A stretch of 64,000 nucleotides of DNA from Daphnia carinata (Eukaryota): contig NC_081332.1 of NCBI RefSeq assembly GCF_022539665.2, forward strand, positions 3,906,001 to 3,970,000, given 5' to 3'. Below are positions 13,009 to 27,100 of this stretch, one piece after another. The position numbers and the translations under genes were made by a program. The notes beneath the pieces were generated by a model. That model had not been told where the DNA came from. It saw nothing but the letters and a program-made list of their open reading frames with translations, and searched no databases. Positions within the stretch are counted from its first letter, which is position 1. Each line of letters opens with the position of its first letter.

Positions 13009-15348
13009 CTGACGATGTCATCCGTGTGATGTGGAGAAAAAATTTATTGAAAATCATTTTTGCCCTTTATAAACTACCCAACCCCCCACCCCCTTACCTT
13101 TTTCTTTGACCTATTTCCGCCCCTCTCCGTCGTCTACGTCTCTCTAAATAATAATAATTTTTATTATTTTTTTTTTTTTTTATGTTTCGGTCTGCGTTGT
13201 CTATCGTTCATCACTTTGGTAAGCTGGACAACGGGTTGGAATTACACAGATAAAAAGGAGGCTTACGAAATGCTTAGCAAAAAAAAAAACAAGAGACGCA
13301 ATGAAAAAAATTAATGTTTATTCCTTTTTGGACCTTGAATTCTTTCCCCCCACATCTTTTTCTTGTTTAGGAAACACAATGAGTTTTTTTTTTTAAATTA
13401 ATTATTTGCAAATGCATCGTCAAAATGGCGACGTTTGTTTCCGTGTGTGTGCGTGCGTGTGTGTGTGTAAAAGCCCCGACGAGCCAAACGCGACAATGAA
13501 AGGACATCATACAAGAAAATGATGATTCGAATAGTTCGGAAAAAGAAGAAGAAAATGAACTCCTTGTCTTGGCCTTGTTTGCGCGTATCTCTCGTCGATA
13601 TGCTGGGTAGGAGAGAACGCCTTCCTCGACGTGGATATCGTGTTTCCTCCTTCACTTGCCCTCTTCCATCCCTTCGTACAACTAAAAGAAAAATATCGAA
13701 ATGACTACTCGTCTTTCTACCAAATTCTTATTAGCACTTCTTTCACTTATATTGTGTTTTTTTTTTTTTTCCTTGCCAGTCCTTGATTTAGTCATGAACT
13801 GTAGCTAATTAGATAATGCCACTTCCAAAACTTTTGTTTATTATTTTGTTTTCTTACCTTTTTGGTTCTGCGCTGGAAAGAAAAAAAAAAAAGATGTTCA
13901 CTGACGTTGTTTTCCTTATTATCATTTTCTTTTTTTGTTTCTTTCCTCGCGTGTTTGTGTCACGTCATCTTACAACTTCCCCATGCTGTTTCCTCGTCGA
14001 CGACTATGAATAATAACTGAGCAAACATTTGATGAATAAATACATGGAAAATCGAATGATTCGGCCTTTACTGCGTAAACTTTGTTCAGACCTCGGCCTA
14101 CTTGACGTCACTCACCCAATCTCGTTGTGTTCACTGGAGCACAAACAACAAAGATAGAAAGATTTTTCCGTTTTTAGTTCGCTCCATCGAGTTACCATGC
14201 CGGAAGAAAACATTTCTTTTCGTGTGTGTGTGTGTGTATGTGGAAACCTCGACTTAACGTGATGACCATTTAAAAACAAAGTTTAAGGTCAAAACAGCTT
14301 TCTCCCTGGATAAGTAGCATCTTTTTTTTTTTTTTTTTTACTTTATGCAGTTATGATTATTGTTAGAATATTTACCTTTCATTCGAGAAACATTTTCCTT
14401 TTCACGAAACATTTGACAACGATGACATGGCACCGCGTGTGTGTCTGCACATGCAGACCTTGGTGTACCCAGGTGCTGCAGCGTTTCTGGAATGTACGTA
14501 TTTTTTGTTTTGTTTTTTTTTTTATAAAAGGAGTTCGTTGAATTTAGTATCAGCTTACCTGTAGTTATTTGTATGTTGAATTCTTTCTGTAGTCCTTTTT
14601 TTTTTTTTCTTCTCTATGTCCTTGAATGTGAAAAGCGTTAGTATCAATGTCAGGTGAGCGGTGAGTGAGTCAACGTCCCGCCAGTTTTTTCTTCAAAATC
14701 ATCTATCCCTGTGGCCACAACTGAAAGTGGAAGAAAGAAGGTTATTACTCATTTACAAGATTGCACATAGAGACGAAAGATTTTCTGTCTGGTTATTGTT
14801 GAAAATCACGTTAGTCAAAACAACGAAATACCTGTCTTGCGAAACAACACAAATGTGACGAGATAGCCAGACGTGGAGGGAGGAATAATCATTAATCTTG
14901 CAGTGAATACCGGTGATAAGGACAAGGGGAAGATTCCCGACAAGTCGGCCATCGTTATTAAAAACGTGATGAGCAGCAGTGACGAACAAGAAAAGCAAAA
15001 AAAAAAAAAAAAAAACGAGAAAAGCAGAGCTTACTCGAGAGATGTTTCTCCCACGAAAGCATCATGGCTGCCTTGCAATTCTGGTCGTCTTCTGTGCGTT
15101 TCGATCGGTTATCGATCCGAGATGATCACGACCAAAATAAAAATAAAATTCTTTTTGAAAAGCCGGATGTTTGGATATTCGCTCAAACTAACCTCATGGG
15201 CATCGTTTTTCATTCTTAGTCTTGACGTAGAAATAACCCCTGATTCATGCGAGATGGATGACAAGCATGGGTTCGATCACCCATGACAGTCTTTTTGGAA
15301 ATTGATCGATTAACAAACAGTAAACTTTCACAAAATTTTGACTCTAGG

Positions 15349-15380
<32 letters not shown>

Positions 15381-18300
15381 TCTTTACCGGGCCAAGGTCT
15401 TTTCGGTCGTTTCGTACTTTAACGTCGTGTGGACCGTGATTTTGCAAAATTCTTTTAAAACGTTTTTTCTATTTTCATTTTCAGTCCTTGAACGAGTTTT
15501 TAAAATGACCGCTAGATGGCTCTATCCAATTTTGCCGCGCACCGCTCGTTTCTCTAGTCAAATCGATGGACTGCTACACATGGGGAAGTCGTCCCTGTGC
15601 TGCTGAGATGGTAGTTCCTCGTTCGCAGTGTTTCCGTCAACTTGTTCCTATGCAGTTGAGTATTTATTCATTCCCCGTACCTTTTGCTGCGTGCATTGAA
15701 ATTATACATTGTGTGGCTGCCTCCTATTTATACTGACTGACGTCCGGTGTTGTGTGCAGAACAGGAAAAGGACGAAACAAAAAAACAACGTGAAGCATAA
15801 ACTCTAGTGAAAGTAAGTGCAATTTCATTTCCTCGACCCCGACACAGAGAACTGTGTCGAATTCTTTTTTATGTTTCGACTTCCATCTGAAATGTAAGGA
15901 ATGCCGGCAGGCCAGAGGTTTTCACCCCCGTCCCCTTCTTTCAGAGGCAAAAGGTTTTCACCTGCCCTTTCTGTTGTTTCCCCTCGTTGTACCTTTTTTT
16001 TTTCTCTCTCTCTCTTTCTCTTGTGGTAACCTTGGCAACCTCGATGGCAGGAGGGTTGGGAAAAGGACAAGAGAAACCTTTCTACGTTTTCTCTTCCAAG
16101 AATTGAAGAGACGTTATGAACCATATAAAAAGGGGAGGGTGGGGGAGGGATAGAATTTGGCAGAGAGGGAGAAAACACGTAATTGGATCGGGAATTGGGC
16201 ATGCGCCGTGTGTCACCGTAAACCATCTGCCTCTTTCTCCTCAAATTTTGGGATTTCTTTTTTTTTTTTTTTGTTTTCGACGACAGTGTATCGAGGACGT
16301 AGAAATGTATGTGCCAAAGAGGTATCGATTAAGCCGATCACTAATTTGTCTCTGGCCATTGGTTGCAACTGACTGTTGCAATAGCCAAAAAAATCAGCGG
16401 TGCGTGAAGGGGAAGTCGATACAGCGCACGCACCGGTCGAGTCACGCGTCTATTATTTTCTCCTTCTGTTTTTTTGTTTTTTTTTTATGATATTAGATGT
16501 GTGGATATATACACACGATACGCTATATAGTATCCCTAGTAACTAACGACAGTTGCGTCTATACTCTTGGACGGCGCCAGGTGGTCGAAAAGAAACACAC
16601 GAAAAAAAACATTGATGTTTATTCGAGAGAAACCATCCAAAACTCCCCCTCCTTTATTTTTTGCTCGTATTATTTAACAGACAACGACTCTGTTGTCAGT
16701 ATGTAGTGTGACTCAGCCGTGGTGACTAGTCATTTGCTCGTGTGAAAATAATCACATCTTTCAATCAGACAAAACACGTCGTTTGTTGTAAACGAAACTG
16801 CTTAACTGTTTATTTTTCTTTTCTTTGGGAATTGTTAAACAAAAAAAGTGTCGGATTTCGATGGAATGGCGTGCGGCAACTGAAATATTCTGCAACATCC
16901 GGCGTTCGTGAAATGATTCCTGGACAACGATCGGCACTTTTCTGAACATCTTCCGACGTGATCATTGCAATCGATGGCATTTCAAATCATCATTTTATGT
17001 AAGTTGATTTTTTCTTTCAAATTCAATTGTTTTTTATTTTTCTTCGGCAACGATGCAGAAATTCGAATCAACCGATTTTCTAGCTCCCCCCTTTTTTTTT
17101 TGTTTTTGTTCTCTGCATCAATGGACGATGGTTGTGAAGTTGTGTTGGGTTTCCGGATGAAAAAGAAAAAAGAAAAACGATTCCGGTGCGCTTGAAAGAT
17201 CCTAAAAACGTTACAGAGAAAGTAGGCGCCAACTTTTTCCGCAAGAGCTGCTCATTAAAAGGAGTTAAAGCGTCTTTTGGTAATTAGAACCGCCGTCTAC
17301 GAAAAAGAAGAAAAAAAAAAAAACATTTAGTTTTTCATTTTTAACTGGACATTTTCGTAAAGAGGTACATAATAGGAGCACGATCAAAAAGAGGAGGGAG
17401 GATTTTTAAAGTGGTCCTCTTGGCACAGCTGTTTGTTTCCATCAAAAGACGCTGCCTCAAAGTAGTAGTTTGAATTTAATTTCATCTAATGTAGACAGTT
17501 GGGAAAAAGAAAAACAACAAACGTTGCGGCGATTTCTCTTCTCATCTCTTTCAGTTAAGAAGCTCTTTAAACGACAGTTTCAACGATCGTTCAACAAGAA
17601 AAGAAACATCATCAGTTGTACACCGCAAAAAAAAAAAACGACGACCGAGTTTATAAAAAAAGATGGTAGATACTTCGTTTAATTTAAAAAAAAAAGAAAG
17701 ATGCGCTCGGTTTGGCAAGTGGGAAGCGCCCACCTACACGAAAAACAGTTGGGCCATCGTTGCCAGTCACGCCCCGTTCGTTCTGTAGAGCTGTAATTGG
17801 ATTTCGAGGGCTTGTCCAGGTAAAAAGAAAAAGAAAAGAGCTTGGTTTTTCAAAAAAAGAAGAAATAGGAAGTTTGCGTGGTTTCGTCATCACCTTAATT
17901 TTCGCATGATTGCGGATTGAATGAAAAAAAAAAATAGCAATTCTAATGCAGTAAAGATAATAATCATTCCCCCGGAATTGGTTTTACTTGAAATAGCTTA
18001 CAACAGCCATATCGTAAAAGCAATTGCAAAGAATCCTACCTGCAACATCCCAAGGACGTTTTGATGTTAAATTGTTTTCTTCGCCTACCCACCTTTCAAC
18101 ACGTTCCAGATTATCCCTCGTTCGTCAAGGGCATTAGGAATATTAAACATCAAGGGCAAAAATGTTGTTTTTCCTTATTCATTTGGGAAAAATGCAAACG
18201 TGTACTTTTATAGGCATGTACGTGGACGAATTTTTTTTTTTATTCTCTTAACTCGATCAGTAGTTGTCGTGGCAGTTCCAAAATACGAACAGTAAGGCCT

Positions 18301-19019
18301 AAAACTATATCCATCTACATCCCACAAGTACAAAGGCTTCTAAAACATTTAAAGGTCTCTTGTAACCGCAGGGCCCATTCGTCTTTGTTTCGAAATGTGA
18401 GGCTTGTTTATTTTTTTTTATTTTTTGAAGACAAGAAGCCTCACGTTTCGGCGCCTTCCTCGCTTAGGTTTCAGGTACGCACATACAAGAAAAAAAAAAA
18501 CATTCCACACAGACAAAAAAGAAAACAGGATCCCAAGGTCTTGGATATTGAAAGAAAAAAGATGGCGAGTAATTGATGAAGCTTTCCATTTAATTGGACT
18601 GTGGTGATCTCTTGTGACATTGATTGTTTTCCAGCTTTCTTGCCATAAAAAAATCATCATTATACCCGCTAAAGGAATCCCTCGAGCTGAATGATTTGTT
18701 GTTCTAGCGAGAAGGAGGGGGGGGGGGGGAGAGAAAATAGGTTTCCATAGCGATATTAATTTCCTTGTTCGGTTGAGGGTATCTGCCGTCTTATCACAGT
18801 TCAGCAGTTTTCTTTGCCTTGTAGGTCGATCTAGAATTTCTAATCGTACACAATGAAAGTCGACATCAAGATTCATGGGGATATTACACGGTTGTTAAAC
18901 CACTCAGCGGCCAATCCCATTTCAAAATGTCATCAACAAAATCAAGAGAGAAACAGAGCATTAATTCTTTCATTCAATTCCTTTTTCAGCGCTAATGAAC
19001 AATTATTTTCTCGTTACAG

Positions 19020-20847
19020 ACTCGTTGTTGCTCGTCTCAGCGAGGGGATCGCGGCCGTCTGCAAGAGATTTAGCTGTACGTGACGAATGGCCTGAATCAT
19101 CATTAGCTGGGCCAAATGATGAACGAATCGATGCGCTGAAAGAGCGACACGAAAAGTCTCTAATCACGTTATCCGACCTTGAAGAGGAACACGAAAAAGG
19201 ACGAAAGGCAAGCAGCGTGTCTGACGTAATATTTGCCGGTCGAACCATTTCAACGGTGGCTGCAACAGGAAGAGGAAGACGACGATGGATGAAACGAGCG
19301 GCGGAAATCCTAGCCGGCACGAGCGTCAAACATCAGGTGGCCAGCGTATCCTCCCCCTCCGTTCCAGCGCCGGAAACGACGATGTCAACACCGATGGCCG
19401 CGTCTAATACGACCCACGTCCCAGATTCAACGTCGGCAGAGACCAGCTCCGAACCTACGACGCTTCTCTCGTCATCCACCACCGTTGCCACTACATCGAT
19501 TGAAACGATGGCGTCGGTCACTCGTATGGACGTCGTATCATCCACTTCCATTGTGCCCGAATCACAAGATGAATCGGTCCAGTCAAATCAGACGATTAAC
19601 ACGGTCGTTATAACTCAAAGTTCTACCACTCAGTTCAGCCCTGCGATACACGAAAATGCGGATGAATATTTTGCCGATGATGCGTCCAGTTCGCCGTCTG
19701 CCACCGACGCTAATTTCGACGACGAGGAGACGACCGTAATGATGGACAAAATCACTGGAGCGCCATCGTCTGTTCAACATCCCGAAGCTGATTCGGGACA
19801 TGCCAACACATCACCTCTATGGGCGGATGAACTTAATCCGACGTCCGTTCCCGACACTTCGCCGAGGCCCTTTCTGGCTGTGTCGTCTGTCGTGGCGATT
19901 GGACGAGCTCTGTCGCAGGAAGAGAGCGTTCCGTGGCCGGAAGCGAAATCAACCAAAGTGATTGGTACCATCATCGAAGACATTCACGGACCTTTTAGTG
20001 ACGGCGTTTCGTCCGTCAGTACAATCAGTCCGGATGTCCTTACAGGCAGCGGGATCGTCGCTATTGCCATGTGCATTTTCCTGGTTCTAGTGACCACAGC
20101 CGGTGAGTCAAAATAAAAAAAATAAAAAAAATTCTATTTCGTAGTTACGTACAGTACACGATTCGAAAAGCATAAAATCTTTTAAGATTTGATGGCGGCG
20201 TCAGGTGGCCGCTTGATATAAAAAAAAAAGGGCCTTTTTTTAGGGGCCATATCACGGTATTGCATACACGAATAAGACTAATGTGAGAGACTATCTTTTT
20301 TGTTGTGACGACAGGTGCCAGTGGATATTGGTGGTACCGTCGGCGTTATCTGCTGAACCGTCCCGAAACTCTGAGCGAACGTTACGCGCCGTCCGAGACG
20401 GGCCTCGGGGCGGGCGACGACATTTTCCGCGTCGGATACGTCCACAGTCCCGAACTTCCGAGGGTAGGTCTTTAAAAAAAAAAAAAAATAATTTTTTTTT
20501 TTTTTTTGTTCTTTCCGCCGTATAATTAATTAGTTACTATTCTTTTACCGCGCCGCCATTGCGGTTATTCAACTTCACAGTTACTTACCTTTTCTTTTTT
20601 GCAACACATTTTTTTTATTTCCGAGAGTTGATTGGCAGCTATGGAAAACCGTGACGAGTCCCTTAATCTCATTTAAGAAAAGAATTCATGACCTACTTTT
20701 TCTTTTCTTTTTTTTTTCTCTCTCATCGTGTAGCAGGATAGTTCCGAGGAGATGTATTCACTTGATAACGACTCTTTCCTGACGAGCTTGGAAGCCATGA
20801 CGATACCGACCTACTGGACGGAGACCATCAAACACACTAAACTGTAA
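19020..20847 (+). CDS. Single-pass type I membrane protein with a Ser/Thr-rich mucin-like ectodomain. Exons 19020-20102, 20315-20463, 20737-20847; start codon not located
   Basis: ORF 18995-20116 is S/T/P-rich and ends in the hydrophobic segment GIVAIAMCIFLVLVTTA, which splices to GASGYWWYRRRY (stop-transfer). The tail ends EMYSLDNDSFLTSLEAMTIPTYWTETIKHTKL*. Confidence 0.8.
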
Positions 20848-21927
20848 AAGTTTTATACATGGTTTACTCTTCTGCGCCTTGGAGTTCCCTTTGACTGGCC
20901 TACAGACGGCATCATGGGAAAGAACGCAAACAAATAATCTTTTTGTTGACCGCATTCGAAAAGCAACAAAATTCCATGCGGCTTGGCTTATAGGAGCCAA
21001 ATGATGACTGCGCGGATATACTGCCGGTATTGATTATCATCGAGCGGTGTTATGTGTGTGTGTGCGTGTGAATGTGTGTGTGTGTGTATAGAGAAAAGCG
21101 GGACAGGCACAATTTATACGGTGCCTGCGATAGGGACGCCTGCCCATGTTTTACGTTGATATCGGATGAGTTATGCTGTTACGCGTACACCACACGTCGG
21201 CAGCACTACACTCAATCGGTTATGTAAGTAAAGTAGTTGTATTTAATTAACGCGATTCTATCCGAATTGCAGGCACTCTCCTTTTCACTACCTTTGGCCT
21301 GAAATTTGCTGTATCCTGCCCACACATAATATCGTAGGTAATTAGCCAGGAAATGTATATGCAGTGTATACTTAACTATAGCCCATTTTACAAAAAAATT
21401 TTTACATTCAATTACCTGTGTCTTAAAGTACGTTCGACTGTATAGATTTACGATTCGAGCGAGTCGAAAATGGGCCATTTCTTCCTAACGATAATACGAG
21501 AAAAACTCGTCTTTTATTATTGCCAGGAATTAATGACTGGTTTTCTTTCTCTTGGCTGTTCCGAGTAATAAACTTTTATCTAATAGACCTCTGAATAGGA
21601 AAGTTTCGGCTGGAAATTCTTTTTATATATATATATACGATATATATATTTACATATAAACATTATATTAACATAATCGCTCACCATCCATTCTTGTTTT
21701 TATGTACCATTTCCCTCCAACTGTGGTCCCTCGTCTTATTATTGCGCGTCTCCTGATCTCGTTGTGTGCATTATGTTTTGTTCGTTTTTATTCTGTTCAG
21801 TTTCCTTTGTAATCTGCAATACACATGTACCGCATATCGATAACATAATGCGGAGTGTTTTTATATTTCAAATTACTTCTGACGCTTTTCAGGAACATTA
21901 CGATCAGGCATGATGTCATTACACAAC

Positions 21928-22863
21928 CTAAACTTTGACCTCAGCGTCCAAATTGTACTGTGAATACAACTGATTAATTATGGCAACGTTTTTCTTTAGA
22001 TTCACAAGTACTTCTTCCATTTGCGCTAGTATGGTAGGCTCCATGTCCGTCTCTCCAAGAGCTAAACTGGCTAGGAGATCTCGCCTCGACGGGCATGCTC
22101 GAGATACAAGCTGCCGTGTGGTATGCAAACGACACGACATTTAGAAAGGAAAACTGTAGTTCATTTATCTAGACTTACATAAAAAATCTGTTGCACCATC
22201 CAACCATGATACTTTTCCAATGTTTTTTCATATGCTTGAAGACAAAGAGGTCTCAGATCCTCGTTAGCTGAGCCATTTTTCGTATCACACACAATGCCAT
22301 CGATGAAGAGCATGGTGAACTCAAGTGCACTGCAGGGAAGAAAGATTTACTAGATCGACCAAAGGGCACTTCACAGAACAACAGACATTCTTCATACCGT
22401 TTCAACCAAAGAAGTGCATCAATGGAAATCGACCGAGTAGCACCAGCCTCCATCAAAATGATATCATTTACGTAGACTACTTTTCCTGGATTCTCCTCTA
22501 TAAACTGTGTGAGTTTCTATTACACAAAATGTTTTCATAAGAACACAGGATGGAAAACAAAAAAACTTTATCAAGCAACTAAAAAATCTGGTAAAATTAT
22601 ACTAGCAATTTTACATACTTTAACATTTCCTGATATGTCTGATTGAACAGGAGTAAAGATGGTTCCAAGCATCCCTATAGTAAGAAAATATATGGCATTA
22701 AGAACAGTCCCATTTTTAAAAAAAAATTTAAAAAACCAAAAAACTGGGCGAGGTGGTTTGATGCCGATAAAAATTCATTTGCCCTGATTTTTTCGTCCAA
22801 GGTGGGCTCAGGAAATGGCGAATGGGCTTTGGTAAAGAACGTTTCCTTGTCTGCATTAGTCAT
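21928..22863 (-). CDS. GLTP: Glycolipid transfer protein family member (multi-exon)
   Basis: The motifs FTPVQSDISGNV, ALLWLKR, AYEKTLEKYHGWMVQQIF and ACPSRRDLL match the GLTP fold. Confidence 0.85.
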
Positions 22864-24168
22864 TGTAATTTCCGTAAATAAGACTATGCGCTGAGTTTTC
22901 CTTTAGAACTACCTTTTACGATAGATAGTGCCCATCGATAAGCTTAATGACTATGTAAATATCAACTGTCAGCCCAAGCAAAGTTTATTTTTCGTAATAA
23001 GCTACTAAAAGAGTATAGATGCTGCCCTAATACTCTAATTTGATACGTAAGAAACAAGCACAACTTTGCGACCAAAAAAACAATTTAACCCGTCTTATTT
23101 TTGTAATTACGAAGATGGTTTTTAGTTACAACATCCTACAATTCACATCAATTACAACAAAATGTTTGTAAAACAAAAAAATGTACAAATATGGCTTTAC
23201 ACAAGTAACATCAAAATTATTTCTTGACCGGCTCAGCGCTGTAAAAGATCTCAAGTTCTTAACGACGAATTGCCGATAAATCAACGGAGATCTCCTCGCT
23301 GAACCGTAACTGCGTAAATTAGGAGAGAAAAAGTAATGTGACGTGAAAAAGCAACTACCTAAGACGAATCGATTCATTCGCTATATCACTTTGAAATCAG
23401 TTTGTTTCAGCCTCCAATTTCGTGGCGGTAAATGTCATCATTGCTTTACTTCCGCTTTGTGAAGGCGGGAAAAAATATATGTATTTATGGTAAGGGTGTT
23501 GTAGCAACCAAGCAGTAAATGTGCTAAACGAATCGTTCCTGTTGTGTCATCCAAACGACTAGGCGAATTATTTCTGCTTTAGGTTATTTTAGTGAAATTC
23601 TTCTTTTCCCTTTTCGGTTATTAATGTCGTTTAGTGAACTAGAAAATGTTCGATGGTACATTATTCTTCGAAGTCGTGTGAATAACAATGAATGTTAACA
23701 AGGGTTTCTCAGAGGCAATTATTAGTTTCACATCTGCCTCTAGGGGGCTTTCCCTGTTTTTTTGACGATTTGTCCGCCATCTTTGAGTCAAAATTTCCAT
23801 GTCGTGTCCCTATCCCCCACATAGCGACTCGCAACGCAACGCGAACAGTGACGCCAGCCTTTAGTCACCGACTGAACATTATTAATTCGAACAGAAAATC
23901 TCGATTCTGCGTCTGTCTATCACCTGTGATCCAAACCGTGTACTAAAAGCAATGCCGATTCTCACTTTATTTTGAACTCAACATTATAAATAAGAACGTG
24001 TTGATACATTTACTTGAAAGTCGCTTTCGGTTCAGTAAATTTGACACTTCGTAAAAGTTCTATAAGCAAAAATGAAGAATACGATGTCAATATTTATGTG
24101 ACATTGGCTTTGTTTCAGATGGTCATCATGGCTATATGAATCAATGAAACAAAACTTTGTGGTGCAGT

Positions 24169-27100
24169 ATGGAACAAGCTGTCATTGCAGAACCTGAAGT
24201 TGTAGAGAACAACTCAGAGGTTGAAACTAACCAGCTACCAGATGTTGTGCAGTCTAACACCTTGCAATCTGATGAAATATTAGTGCCAAATGTCAGCAGT
24301 GATGTTGCGTCAACTGGTGATGTTAGTATGGCTGCCACCGATGAAAACCTATCTGAAAATACACCCAACGAAGAAAGAGAAGGTTGTAGTCAAGGTGCTG
24401 ATTTAGATCAAGTTTCTAGCTCAACAGAAACATCTGCTGGGCAATGCAGAGATGTTCTGCCTTCAGTAAACCATCAAATGGGTGTCATTCCAAATATGGA
24501 ACCATACCTGGAAGATGGCTCTTTAGATGGAACATCCAAAGAAGTTCAAGACCCAACATCAACTAATGGAAACCTATCAACTGAAGATACCTCAAACCCG
24601 GAACCCATGTTGAACCATTTTGTTTCAACAGAGCCAGAGATACACACCCCACAAGCAAATGGGGAAGAACAGTTGAATTTGGTTTCTGAAACTTGTCATA
24701 CAGAAGAGCAGCCTGGAGAAGTTGTCCTTTCTGAGGCTATTGAAGAAACTCCTAATGCCACAGTGGAAAGCGATCAAGTGGCTAGCTGTAGTGATCAGCT
24801 CATTGAAGAATCAACAACAGCAGTATGTGGTGGTACAGCTTCTATAGCAAATTCTGAACATTGTCAGACAGAAACAATACCAATAACCAGTGAAGAGGTT
24901 GTGCCCGAAGACGAAAACGTCTATCCACAATCGGGAACTGCCAATGTTGAACCTGTTATGGAAGAAGCGGAACAGATATGCCAATTTGAAAGTCTTCAAG
25001 GAAACGCAAGCCATTTTGCTGCAGATAACACCTGTGTGGAAGGTGATATCGCTAGCGCAGACCAAACCCTAGTGACGTCGTTGACCACAGCGGACATGGC
25101 ATCCCATTCTGAAGTATCCGAAAGTGGTGCAGTTTTTACAACATCCAATGAAGCAAGCAACGAAACGGAGCAAGATCAGAATGGCCCCGAATCTGCATAC
25201 GAGCTGGTAGAAACAAACGAACCAGTGGGAGAAACAGCCGTCTTTAGAAATGATTTCGCCGATTCCAGCACGCTGGAAATGGAAGAAAGTGGATTGGGGG
25301 CTACGGAACCCGATGATTCGATGATTCCACAAGATTTGCAGAGCATGCCTTATCAAGAACCAACCGAATCTTCCCCAATTGACGAGGCAGGACATCAGGA
25401 CAATGGAAGAACTACCGAAACTGAAACTGTCGATTCGAGCGTGGATGTCCAGCCGCAAACTGGCCATATACCGGAGGAAGGCACTCTCGACGCTGAAGAA
25501 TACCAAAGAGAATGCGCTGAGAGCGAACCCATTGTCGACGCAAATCTTGGAATTGACCAGGTTGATAGTGGTACCATACAAAGTGATTTTGTTGATGATG
25601 GAGTCGCGGAATCCGGTTTAGCTGATGAAGAAGCCATGGAAACTGGTCAAATCCTCAGCGGTACAGCAGATAATGATTTCGTAATTGTTGCAGCTGACCC
25701 TGTCAATGCAGAACCCGGTGAATCTGCTGGTAGCCAAAGTATTATCCCTGACAATGCTGTAGCAACAACAGAAGGGGAAGTAAGTTATGACGATCCAGTT
25801 GGAAGCGGAACCATTGAGGAAGAAGCTAACGATGCACAATCCGTTGAAACACACTTAATAGCATCGCATAACATGGAAACTCAACTCGTTGAGAACATTG
25901 AGCCTCAGACGGTCGATGAAGGAGTTGATTCTAGTTACTATATGAATTCAGCTGACATTGAACAGCAAGATGGGACTATCGCCGAAGGGGTGGATGCATC
26001 GACAGACATCGACAACCCGACATCTTCCCACCTGGATCAACAGTTTGAGAATAACGAAGTGGATAATCAGGAATTGATCAACATGGATACGAACTTGTCT
26101 AACCCAACGGCTGTCTGCGAAGCTGATAGTTCTGCCGCCGGAATGGAAGATTCTGCGTACGAGACGCAACAAATGGTTGATACGCAGAACGTTTATGTAA
26201 TGGAAGATGACGGCCGGCTGACTCTTAATTCCGTCGAGCCATCCAATTCTATGAATAATTATCACAATCCGGAGAATGCCATGCTAGTAGAGATGGCTCC
26301 ACTTTCTACAGATGGATCTTACGTCGACTCTCAGGTATGTATAATTATGTCTTATCGTATGATGCTGAGCTATTCATTCAACGATTTTAATTATCGAACA
26401 GGTAAGTTACGTAGATGCCGGACAAGAAGGGATGATTACAGATGCACAAGCTGCTGAGCTTTTAATGCGAGTCAGTGAACAGAGACCCATGTCTCTCCAG
26501 TCACTTCAACAAGATTCTGCGTCGTCTTCCGGCCCCTACGTCCAAGTTCAACTTGCCCAAACTGTGGAAGGAATTACTCATCTTGTCGAAGTTCCTGTTT
26601 CTGCTCTTGCCGGTTATTGCTTGCCATCGTCACTTGTCTACTCAACGTCAGGTGGAGGCACTTCGACGAGTGGGGGCTCGGAGATGACCTGGGTCCAAAT
26701 GCACGACAATTCTCCTGGCAATATTGATCAGCATCACCTCCGAACGGAGAACAAGTTCTCGGATATTGTTTCTGCATCCATTGAAGCAATCGGTTTCCCA
26801 GAGTCTTCCACCCCAGGGGCAAACATTCTATCTCAAGCAGAACAGATCTTGATTGCCTCGGAGAATGCCGCTCAAGAATCTGCAGCGGCAGCAGCAGCGT
26901 CAAGCAATTTTGAATTTGATGAAAGTTCTAATTCTTCCATTACGTTAATGAATGACAAAGCCACCACTTCTTACCCAAGACCAAAGAGGGAAAGCATTGA
27001 ATCAAGAATCCATAAATTGCTCCGAGGTGCCAGTGCTCCAGGTCTAGAAGTTGTTGATGAACCTATGCATTTGCCAGGAAAGGCGTCACCCAGGAACGTC

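Noticed and set aside
1..21000. Many short ORFs with poly-F/poly-K and very long A/T homopolymers
   Set aside because: These are intronic or intergenic homopolymers whose lengths may be inflated by sequencing error; there is no coding evidence.
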